6,043 nucleotides of DNA from an uncultured Gammaproteobacteria bacterium (lineage in GTDB: Bacteria; Patescibacteriota; Microgenomatia; Daviesbacterales; UBA10151), in the NCBI GenBank assembly GCA_964522265.1, contig CAZFVS010000032.1:1-6043 (forward strand), written 5' to 3'. The number at the start of each line of letters is the position of its first letter. The stretch's first letter is position 1. Shown piece by piece: positions 1-5,470 of this stretch. The notes under the pieces are model-generated. The model saw only the letters and a program-made list of their open reading frames with translations, ran no database searches and was not told the origin of the DNA. Made by a program: the position numbers and the translations under genes.

Positions 1-115
1 TACAGAAACTATGCATTCACTATTCAGTTCTCTAAAATCCTTAAAGATTTATCTGATCCATATATTAAAAGATATGTAATTTACCTTAGTGGGGTAATGT
101 CAGTAAAAATACCTC

Positions 116-146
116 TTGACTATTGGTAATAATTTATGTCTACAAT
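116..146 (+). promoter_or_regulatory. Candidate sigma70-type promoter for the first pilin gene (TTGACT, 19 nt spacer, TACAAT)
   Basis: TTGACT at 116-121 and TACAAT at 141-146. The 19-nt spacer is longer than optimal. The predicted transcript would include the strong SD at 158-165. Confidence 0.35.
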
Positions 147-157
147 TAGTAAGCGTT

Positions 158-165
158 AGGAGGTG
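158..165 (+). promoter_or_regulatory. Shine-Dalgarno site AGGAGGTG for the TTG-initiated pilin gene
   Basis: AGGAGGTG at 158-165, 7 nt upstream of the TTG at 173. It is the only near-perfect SD at optimal spacing in front of a gene in this window. Confidence 0.7.
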
Positions 166-172
166 AAATATT

Positions 173-715
173 TTGAAAAAAACTGCCCGGGGTTTTACAC
201 TTGTTGAGCTTTTAATTGTAATTGCAATTATCGCAATTTTAGCTGTTGTAGCTTTTATAGTTATAAATCCTCTTGAACTAACCAGAAGGGCCAGGGATGC
301 ATCCAGACTGTCTGATATTGCCAGCCTTCAGCAGGCAATTACAGTGGCTGTACAGGAAGCCAGCAGCACTCCTGACCAAGTCCTTTGTGTAGGTGGAGGT
401 ACCGCCTGCCAGGGTAGAAGCCATGTAGATACCAGAAATTCTAACGGTACTGGTTGGGTGAAGGTTGATTTGAGCTCTCAGAAAGCAGTTTCTGTCCCGA
501 CACTGCCGATTGATCCGAACAATGGTGCAACATTCCATTATACTTATTGTGCAGATACAGGGACTGGTGGGACTGTTGCTGATTGGGTAATTTTCACAAC
601 ATTGGAATCTGACCAGCAAAAAGGTAAGATGACAACAGATGGTGGACCTGATGATGCAAGGTTTGAAGCAGGTACCAAGCTAAGCTTAAACGGAGCAGGA
701 AGCTGTACTTACTAG
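173..715 (+). CDS. Type IV pilin / pseudopilin-like protein (prepilin-type N-terminal cleavage/methylation domain)
   Basis: The 180-aa ORF starts at TTG behind a strong SD. The N-terminus is MKKTARG|FTLVELLIVIAIIAILAVVAF, with Gly at -1, Phe at +1, Glu at +5 and a hydrophobic helix. It is followed by a GspG/PilA-like segment, RRARDASRLSDIASLQQAI. The C-terminal domain has 4 Cys. Confidence 0.9.
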   Translation: MKKTARGFTLVELLIVIAIIAILAVVAFIVINPLELTRRARDASRLSDIASLQQAITVAVQEASSTPDQVLCVGGGTACQGRSHVDTRNSNGTGWVKVDLSSQKAVSVPTLPIDPNNGATFHYTYCADTGTGGTVADWVIFTTLESDQQKGKMTTDGGPDDARFEAGTKLSLNGAGSCTY

Positions 716-781
716 TGTTTTGAGTCATTAGGCGCTCAGTCTTCCCGGCTGCAACCAGTTATATTGGATGATGGGCGCTTA

Positions 782-1690
782 ATGGCTATGATAATATTAT
801 TTACACTTGTAGGGTTTATACTTGGTACTATTTTGGGGAGCTTGAGTAAAGCTCTAGCTGACAGAAGTCTGTCAAGAAAATCATTTTGGGGTAGGTCAAT
901 ATGCACAAAATGTAAAGCTACCCTGAAATGGTATGATCTTATTCCCCTCTTTTCTTATATCTTACTCAAAGGCAGATGCCGCTATTGTCATATTCAGATA
1001 GGTATAGAGTTTTTATTTATAGAGACTGTACTGGGTGTTTTAATCGGGGTTCTTTTTTATCTTTCCCTCCCGGATTTTCCCGGACTGGCAGGAAGCTACC
1101 AACTGGTTGTTTTTATCTCTAACCTGTTGTTTAAAACATTTATAGTTACTGTTTTGTCAATCATCACCTTAACAGATCTAAAAAAAACATTAATCCCTGA
1201 TCGGATTATGCTGCCGGCTATTTTAATCGGGTTTGTTTATCTTATTGTTATCAGTATTTATAAAATATATTACCTGTACTATGTTTTGTCACAAAGCGTC
1301 ATCGGCAAGTTGCTCCTGCCCCCCCGCAGTGATTATTTCTTCAGGCATGCCTTAACTACCGCTGAACCGCTAACCGGAGGGGTAATAATGGGGGTTGTTT
1401 TGGGGTTGTTCTTTTTTAGTTTGATTGTCATAACCCGCGGGAAAGGTATGGGTGGAGGAGATTTTAAGCTTGGAATTTTTATGGGTCTTGCATTGGGTTT
1501 TCCGGATGCAGTTTTGGCACTGCTGTTTGCTTTTTTATCAGGATCCCTGGCGGGTGTTGCTCTTCTTTTGACAGGCAGGAGGAAATTGGGCCAAACCATT
1601 CCCTTAGGTCCATTCCTCTCCCTGGGCAGTATTATTGCCGTCTTTTGGGGGGAGAAAATATTAAACTGGTATATTAAGTTGAAAATATAA
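782..1690 (+). CDS. pilD: Prepilin peptidase / N-methyltransferase (peptidase A24, PilD family)
   Basis: The protein is polytopic and hydrophobic. It has the N-terminal CxxC-21-CxxC motif (CTKCKATLKWYDLIPLFSYILLKGRCRYC). The first Asp motif is TDLKKTLIPD and the second is GMGGGDFKLG. The frame is open from TTG 764, as in the ORF track. I place the start at ATG 782 (MAMIILFTLVGF...) because it begins directly at the first TM helix; ATG 788 is also possible. No clear SD precedes any candidate start. Confidence 0.9.
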   Translation: MAMIILFTLVGFILGTILGSLSKALADRSLSRKSFWGRSICTKCKATLKWYDLIPLFSYILLKGRCRYCHIQIGIEFLFIETVLGVLIGVLFYLSLPDFPGLAGSYQLVVFISNLLFKTFIVTVLSIITLTDLKKTLIPDRIMLPAILIGFVYLIVISIYKIYYLYYVLSQSVIGKLLLPPRSDYFFRHALTTAEPLTGGVIMGVVLGLFFFSLIVITRGKGMGGGDFKLGIFMGLALGFPDAVLALLFAFLSGSLAGVALLLTGRRKLGQTIPLGPFLSLGSIIAVFWGEKILNWYIKLKI

Positions 1691-1718
1691 AATGTAACTT
1701 TGAAGCTGAATTGGGGTA

Positions 1719-1747
1719 TTGACAACTATTTTAATGTATGAAATTAT
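1719..1747 (+). promoter_or_regulatory. Candidate promoter for the second pilin gene (consensus TTGACA; -10 ambiguous)
   Basis: A perfect TTGACA lies at 1719-1724. The best 17-nt-spaced -10 is AATTAT at 1742-1747. Alternative -10-like hexamers are TATTAA (1745-1750) and TAAAGT (1759-1764). Confidence 0.4.
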
Positions 1748-1772
1748 TAATACATAGTTAAAGTTAAGTAAC

Positions 1773-2249
1773 ATGAAGACACAACTGCCCAAAACAAATT
1801 ATCCTAAAGGTTTTACCCTGATTGAACTTCTGATAGTTATAGCAATACTTGCAGTTTTAGCTATTATTGGGTTAGCTGTTTTTTCAAACTTAGGGGCTCA
1901 GGCCAAAGCAAGAAATATCTCAAGGAGAGCTGATTTAGATGCCATAGCGAAAGCATTAGAGGTAAATAAAACTACAGGAGGTAATTATGCAGTTTTAGTA
2001 GCAACTCAATTTTCAAATGGAGCAATACCAACAACTGATGGTCAGGGTTATCCGTATTGCGGAAATTCAACAGCCAACACTCAGCCGGCAGATCCTGCAG
2101 CATGGACAACAGCTTGCCCACTTAATTACAGTGCAATTAGTTTTAGTATTCCTCCTGCAGGTACAGCATGGAAAATCTGCACCTCGCTTGAAGCAGAGGT
2201 TAACCCCCCCAAAGCTGCAGTAGTAGCTTGTAAACTGAGTGCACAATAA
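1773..2249 (+). CDS. Type IV pilin / pseudopilin-like protein
   Basis: The 158-aa ORF has the N-terminus MKTQLPKTNYPKG|FTLIELLIVIAILAVLAIIGLAVF, a 13-aa leader with Gly at -1 and Glu at +5. The C-terminal domain has 4 Cys spaced as two loops (C..21..C and C..19..C), typical of pilin disulfide-bonded regions. Confidence 0.9.
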   Translation: MKTQLPKTNYPKGFTLIELLIVIAILAVLAIIGLAVFSNLGAQAKARNISRRADLDAIAKALEVNKTTGGNYAVLVATQFSNGAIPTTDGQGYPYCGNSTANTQPADPAAWTTACPLNYSAISFSIPPAGTAWKICTSLEAEVNPPKAAVVACKLSAQ

Positions 2250-2297
2250 TACACCACAATAGAATCCATCCCCGCTGTAAGTCTTCGACTCCGATGT

Positions 2298-2326
2298 TTG
2301 CAATAGATTTTTTTTAATGTCATAAT
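2298..2326 (+). promoter_or_regulatory. Candidate extended -10 promoter (TTGCAA, 17 nt spacer, TGtCATAAT) placed for a leaderless transcript of ORF 2333
   Basis: TTGCAA at 2298-2303, a 17-nt spacer containing a T8 run, TG at 2318-2319 and CATAAT at 2321-2326. The ATG at 2333 lies 6 nt after the -10, so the expected transcription start coincides with the A of the ATG. There is no SD. Confidence 0.45.
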
Positions 2327-2332
2327 GGAATC

Positions 2333-2947
2333 ATGCATACAAAAGGTTCTGCCGGAATTATAATTTACGTAACCCTGGGAATTATGATTATCGGAGGCTT
2401 AATTTTTGTTTGGAATCTTCAAACAAGACTTGATACAACAGCGATTCAAATTAATAAAACCCCTGTTCCAACTCAAAATATAGACCCTGTCAAGAATTGG
2501 AAAACATACATTAATGGAGAATTAGGTTTAAATTTAAAATATCCACCTGATTGGGGTATTTATAATGAAATTACTATTGCCCAGTTTCAGCGTACCAACA
2601 TAATTTCAATAAGAAAAACAGTCAACCAACTTTTTACAGGGTATTACAACATAGACCTGTTTGATAAGCTGTATTCATTAACACCTGACGGAAAATTTAT
2701 TCCGGAGTATTTTAACAGTAACCAGCAAATAATCATACAGATTGAATCAGGCAAACTAAAAGATAATTCTAGATACGTTATCTATAAAAATACCGGCATT
2801 AATGACCAATCTGCCAGACAACCAATCAATGCATTCATCAGGTTCAAAGATGAAATCATTCAGTTAACACTGAATAGGTATGATGACTACGGGTTGGAAA
2901 CCTTTAAGCTGATGGTGCGGACAGCTACCCTGATGACTAAAAACTAA
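2333..2947 (+). CDS. Hypothetical N-terminally membrane-anchored (or secreted) protein, function unknown
   Basis: The 204-aa ORF has one N-terminal TM helix (GIIIYVTLGIMIIGGLIFVW) and no prepilin G/E+5 motif. The extracytoplasmic part is N/I/K/Y-rich with no Cys and contains NWKTYINGELGLNLKYPPDW. The coding DNA is visibly more AT-rich than the flanking pilin genes. I recognise no family. Confidence 0.7.
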   Translation: MHTKGSAGIIIYVTLGIMIIGGLIFVWNLQTRLDTTAIQINKTPVPTQNIDPVKNWKTYINGELGLNLKYPPDWGIYNEITIAQFQRTNIISIRKTVNQLFTGYYNIDLFDKLYSLTPDGKFIPEYFNSNQQIIIQIESGKLKDNSRYVIYKNTGINDQSARQPINAFIRFKDEIIQLTLNRYDDYGLETFKLMVRTATLMTKN

Positions 2948-2948
2948 C
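2941..2948. repeat. Target site duplication, left copy (AAACTAAC)
   Basis: The 8-mer AAACTAAC directly abuts the outer end of the left IR and recurs exactly at 4399-4406, abutting the right IR. An 8-bp duplication is the size expected for the IS66 family. This copy contains the TAA stop (2945-2947) of ORF 2333-2947. Confidence 0.8.
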
Positions 2949-2971
2949 GTAATATTTCAGACTCTTTGACA
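2949..2971. repeat. IS terminal inverted repeat (transposase-distal end)
   Basis: GTAATATTTCAGACTCTTTGACA matches the reverse complement of 4376-4398 (GTAACAGCTCAGTCTTGTTGACA) at 17 of 23 positions. The transposase stop codon (TGA, complement of 2957-2959) lies inside this repeat. Confidence 0.75.
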
Positions 2972-4345
2972 TGAGGCAGCATTTAAAAGCAGGAGTTTCA
3001 TCTGTTCAAAAGGGTTTAAGTTCTGTAGTCTCCAGGTACCAAACAGAGAACCCAGTATTGATCTGGTTTCTGAGCCTTTTTTGCTTCTGGTACCAAAGGA
3101 GATTTTCCTTTTGATAACTGTTCTTCTGACTGCTCTTTCTGCCATATTGTTGTCAGAACTTACTCCCTCAAATCTGATGAAGCTAAACATCTCAGGCAGA
3201 AACCTTAAGGCTCTGGCACAAAGCTTAGCTTGAGGAGTTTGGGTTTTAATGAATGGTTCACAAACTAACTTTAATTTCTGCTTGAAGTACTGTTCTTTGG
3301 TAACTCTTTTCTGCTCTTTCAAACCTACTGGTAAATTGGGATCAGGTCCAGGGTAAAATTTAGCCTCCTCCAAAAGGGTATATATCTTCCTGCCCCATCT
3401 TTTTAATGACCTGTCTTTGGGGTTGTCTTCTTTGAGTTTTTTAATATCCCTTAGGTAATGGACCCAACATCTTTGATGAGGACCTAAATACTCATTGTAT
3501 GATGAGTAAAAGTCAGTTACCAGCACTCCTTCAAAATCTATTCCATCTTCTCCCAAAATTTCTTTAACTACTGTTTTTGATCTGCTTTTTCTGTAAGTGA
3601 GTAAATGGAATTTTTGATTTGAAAAACTCCAATGGTATCCATTGATTCCATTTTCCCTTCCGCCTGTCTCATCCGCATAAATGACCTTTGAATTTAGGAG
3701 ATTTTGTTTAATATTCTGATACTCACCACTACTTAAAGCTGCTTCCTGGTGCAGTATCTCAACTATTTCACCTATTGATAACTCCAAACCATAAAAGGTT
3801 TTTAAATGAGCTTTGATTTGATTGACACTTAAATTCTCCTCCTCTCTCATGGCAAAGATAGCTGACATTAAATTGATACCAACCCTACCTTGACCTAAAG
3901 CATATTGGGAAAAATCAATCTGTGGGTAAAATCTAATCCTGCAGTTAAAACAATACCTTTTAAACACTACATGCTCTACTACTTCATATTGCACCACCGG
4001 AATATCAATAATTTGTCTGGAGTAACAAACTGAAGGTTTTCCCAATGATTCACTACCACAATCAGGGCAAGCATTAAATGAATGGAAAATAGTTTTGGTT
4101 GGAGTGTCTAGCTTTCTTGAGAAACCATGCTCCCTTTGCTTTCTTTTACCAACCTTCTTTTTCTTTTTAACATTAGCTTTAACAAAAGAGGGAACTGGTT
4201 TAGAAGAATCATCTCCTGAATTCTTTTGTTTCATCTTTTCCTGAAGCTCAATGATTATTTCCTTAAGTGTTTCAATTTCCCTGGCTTGTTTAAAAATAAT
4301 GGTAATCAACTCACCTTTGGAAAGAGCAGAATAATCTCCGGGCAT
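2957..4345 (-). CDS. IS66-family DDE transposase (TnpC-like)
   Basis: The 462-aa ORF has an N-terminal coiled-coil-like region and a basic stretch (KKKKKVGKRK), then a zinc-finger CPDCG. The DDE-region motifs are YADETGGRENG, LVTDFYSSYN, the family-typical CWVHYLRDIKK (CwAHxRR-like) and DNNMAERAVRRTVIKRKISFGTRS (NNxAERxxR...RK). The C-terminal part reads GSLFGTWRLQNLNPFEQM. Confidence 0.93.
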   Translation of the reverse strand: MPGDYSALSKGELITIIFKQAREIETLKEIIIELQEKMKQKNSGDDSSKPVPSFVKANVKKKKKVGKRKQREHGFSRKLDTPTKTIFHSFNACPDCGSESLGKPSVCYSRQIIDIPVVQYEVVEHVVFKRYCFNCRIRFYPQIDFSQYALGQGRVGINLMSAIFAMREEENLSVNQIKAHLKTFYGLELSIGEIVEILHQEAALSSGEYQNIKQNLLNSKVIYADETGGRENGINGYHWSFSNQKFHLLTYRKSRSKTVVKEILGEDGIDFEGVLVTDFYSSYNEYLGPHQRCWVHYLRDIKKLKEDNPKDRSLKRWGRKIYTLLEEAKFYPGPDPNLPVGLKEQKRVTKEQYFKQKLKLVCEPFIKTQTPQAKLCARALRFLPEMFSFIRFEGVSSDNNMAERAVRRTVIKRKISFGTRSKKGSETRSILGSLFGTWRLQNLNPFEQMKLLLLNAASCQRV

Positions 4346-4351
4346 ATCTCA

Positions 4352-4381
4352 ACTTTACATAGTTTGATATAGTTTTGTCAA
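4352..4381 (-). promoter_or_regulatory. Candidate transposase promoter partly inside the IR (TTGACA, 18 nt spacer, TAAAGT), leaderless geometry
   Basis: On the - strand, TTGACA is the complement of 4376-4381 and TAAAGT the complement of 4352-4357. Only 6 nt separate the -10 from the ATG (complement of 4343-4345), and there is no SD. Confidence 0.4.
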
Positions 4382-4398
4382 CAAGACTGAGCTGTTAC
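4376..4398. repeat. IS terminal inverted repeat (transposase-proximal end)
   Basis: TGTCAACAAGACTGAGCTGTTAC is the imperfect inverted partner of 2949-2971 and ends in TTAC (GTAA on the other strand). Confidence 0.75.
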
Positions 4399-4406
4399 AA
4401 ACTAAC
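4399..4406. repeat. Target site duplication, right copy (AAACTAAC)
   Basis: Exact 8/8 match to 2941-2948, immediately outside the right IR. Confidence 0.8.
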
Positions 4407-4413
4407 TGTTGTA

Positions 4414-4442
4414 TTGTCAACCACCAAAAAGTTTACTACAAT
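4414..4442 (+). promoter_or_regulatory. Candidate promoter of the downstream pilin operon (TTGTCA, 17 nt spacer, TACAAT)
   Basis: TTGTCA at 4414-4419 and TACAAT at 4437-4442 with an optimal 17-nt spacer. The ATG at 4454 is 11 nt after the -10, which implies a leader of only about 4-5 nt. There is no SD. Confidence 0.5.
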
Positions 4443-4453
4443 AATACTGTAAC

Positions 4454-4966
4454 ATGACAAAACTGTCCGGGAGAGGTCTGACGTTAATTGAGCTTTTGGT
4501 CGCGCTTTCAATTATCGCTGTGGTATTCGGGATAATTGTCACCTCAGCAGGAGGTATTCAAAAATACGGTCGGGATGCCAAAAGGCAGGCTGACATAAGA
4601 ACTATCCAGAGCGCTCTCCAGCAGTACTATGCAGACCAGAATTTTTTCCCTGATGATGATGTAAGCAGTCCGCTTAAGTTAAGCGGTGCGGGTGCTGTAA
4701 CTTCTTTAACAAATTGTATAGGAAATCCAGCTCCATCCTGTTCTGTTACCAAAACCTACTTAAGCAGTATACCATCTGATCCCACATCAGGGACAACAAC
4801 TCCTTACTATTATAAGGTCTATGCTTCTTTATCCGATCAGGGTACCAATTGTGATAACAGCACTACCAAATGTTTTTATTATATCCTTTGTGCAAAACTC
4901 GAGAATGGTTCAGGTGACCTCTGCAGTGGGGCAACAGGTTACAACCTCAGGGTAACCCCCAATTAA
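4454..4966 (+). CDS. Type IV pilin / GspG-like pseudopilin
   Basis: The 170-aa ORF has the N-terminus MTKLSGRG|LTLIELLVALSIIAVVFGII, with Gly at -1, Leu at +1 and Glu at +5. It is followed by the GspG/PilA-like RDAKRQADIRTIQSALQQYYADQNFFP. The C-terminal domain has 6 Cys. It is the first gene of a tightly packed run. Confidence 0.9.
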   Translation: MTKLSGRGLTLIELLVALSIIAVVFGIIVTSAGGIQKYGRDAKRQADIRTIQSALQQYYADQNFFPDDDVSSPLKLSGAGAVTSLTNCIGNPAPSCSVTKTYLSSIPSDPTSGTTTPYYYKVYASLSDQGTNCDNSTTKCFYYILCAKLENGSGDLCSGATGYNLRVTPN

Positions 4967-5470
4967 ATGGATAAAGGATTTACAATTGTTGAAATATTGG
5001 TTGTCATTACACTAATGGCGGTTGCAGCAGTAATTGTAGTGCCTAACTTTAGAAAATTTAACGAAGGCCAGGATTTGACCCAGGCAGTAGACGATTTCAA
5101 ACAGGCCTTGAGGATTACCCAATCAAGTGCAATGTCCAGTATTAAGTGCTCCTCCTATCCTGCCTCAAAATGGAAGGTATCAGTCAAAAGCGCGCAGTTT
5201 CAAACTATCGCTGTGTGCTATGATTCAGTAACCAGCCCTACGCCTGAACCAAGGCAGACTGTCATTTTCCCCTCTTCAATCTCTATATCAGCAGATAGCT
5301 GTGGGGCTGGCAGTGATGTTGATGCCGAGATTTACTTCACCACCAATACGGTCAGCTTTATTTGTACAAACGGGGCAACTCCGAACTGGCCTTTTGAAGT
5401 TACATTGAAAAGCACGAATAATAACCAGACCCAGGTTGTATTTTTAACCGAAGGAGGACTGATCTACTGA
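4967..5470 (+). CDS. Minor pilin / pseudopilin, tentatively GspH/FimT-like
   Basis: The 167-aa ORF has the N-terminus MDKG|FTIVEILVVITLMAVAAVIVVPNF, with Gly at -1 and Glu at +5. The following helix, QDLTQAVDDFKQALRITQSSAMS, resembles the GspH/FimT N-domain pattern; the subfamily call is by eye only. It has 4 Cys. The ATG directly abuts the TAA of the upstream gene (TAAATG). Confidence 0.85.
   Translation: MDKGFTIVEILVVITLMAVAAVIVVPNFRKFNEGQDLTQAVDDFKQALRITQSSAMSSIKCSSYPASKWKVSVKSAQFQTIAVCYDSVTSPTPEPRQTVIFPSSISISADSCGAGSDVDAEIYFTTNTVSFICTNGATPNWPFEVTLKSTNNNQTQVVFLTEGGLIY
5452..5457 (+). promoter_or_regulatory. Possible SD (AGGAGG) for ORF 5470, inside the end of the upstream gene
   Basis: AGGAGG lies at 5452-5457, 12 nt before the ATG at 5470. 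That spacing is longer than optimal, and the start also overlaps the upstream stop codon. Confidence 0.35.

Larger units (their letters stand above)
2949..4398 (-). mobile_element. Complete IS66-family insertion sequence, single-ORF (ISBst12-like) type, 1450 bp
   Basis: The element is bounded by 23-bp imperfect terminal inverted repeats (17/23 matching), both starting GTAA, and flanked by a perfect 8-bp direct repeat. It holds one intact transposase ORF and has no room for tnpA/tnpB-like accessory ORFs. Confidence 0.85.

Noticed and set aside
1-129. Frame 1 open from the window edge to TAA at 127-129 (…YRNYAFTIQFSKILKDLSDPYIKRYVIYLSGVMSVKIPLDYW*), possibly the 3' end of an upstream gene
   Set aside because: Only 42 codons are visible and no motif is recognisable. 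AT-rich sequence can stay open this long by chance. It would also overlap the candidate promoter at 116-146. The window cannot decide this.
278-619. 113-aa ORF on the - strand
   Set aside because: It lies entirely antisense to the well-supported pilin CDS 173-715. The product is Cys/Arg-rich and low-complexity with no recognisable motif, start context or promoter. It is most likely a shadow ORF.
1333-1725. 130-aa ORF on the - strand
   Set aside because: It is antisense to the conserved C-terminal half of pilD, including the GGGDFK motif. Its composition is the mirror of a membrane-protein gene. I judge it spurious.
1734-1755. 6-bp inverted repeat ATGTAT-10 nt-ATACAT overlapping the -10 region upstream of the 1773 pilin, a possible operator
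   Set aside because: A 6-bp arm in AT-rich intergenic DNA is expected by chance. It does not extend and has no second copy at the other pilin promoters.
191-1870. Nucleotide similarity of pilin 5' regions as possible recombination cassettes for antigenic variation
   Set aside because: The similarity is at protein level, with many synonymous differences and no long identical tracts. There are no promoterless silent copies, and all five genes have their own start and leader.
2250-2332. Possible intrinsic terminator after the second pilin gene, suggested by the T8 run at 2308-2315
   Set aside because: No convincing GC-rich stem precedes the T run. The best pairing is a 4-bp agtc/gact stem at about 2279-2289, too far upstream. 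The T run is better explained as a promoter spacer.
2017-2338. Three short overlapping ORFs (2017-2223 +, 2067-2303 -, 2126-2338 -)
   Set aside because: All overlap the 1773-2249 pilin CDS in other frames or on the other strand. None has a motif, SD or promoter, and the pilin frame is the one with family signatures.
4375-4404. Outward-facing hybrid promoter from the IS end (TTGTCA at 4375-4380 on the + strand), plus the shared 8-mer TTGTCAAC with the native promoter at 4414-4421
   Set aside because: No acceptable -10 lies 16-18 nt downstream (CAAACT / AAACTA). TTGTCAA is nearly self-complementary, so the + strand hexamer is simply the reverse reading of the transposase -35. The 8-mer match is within chance expectation.
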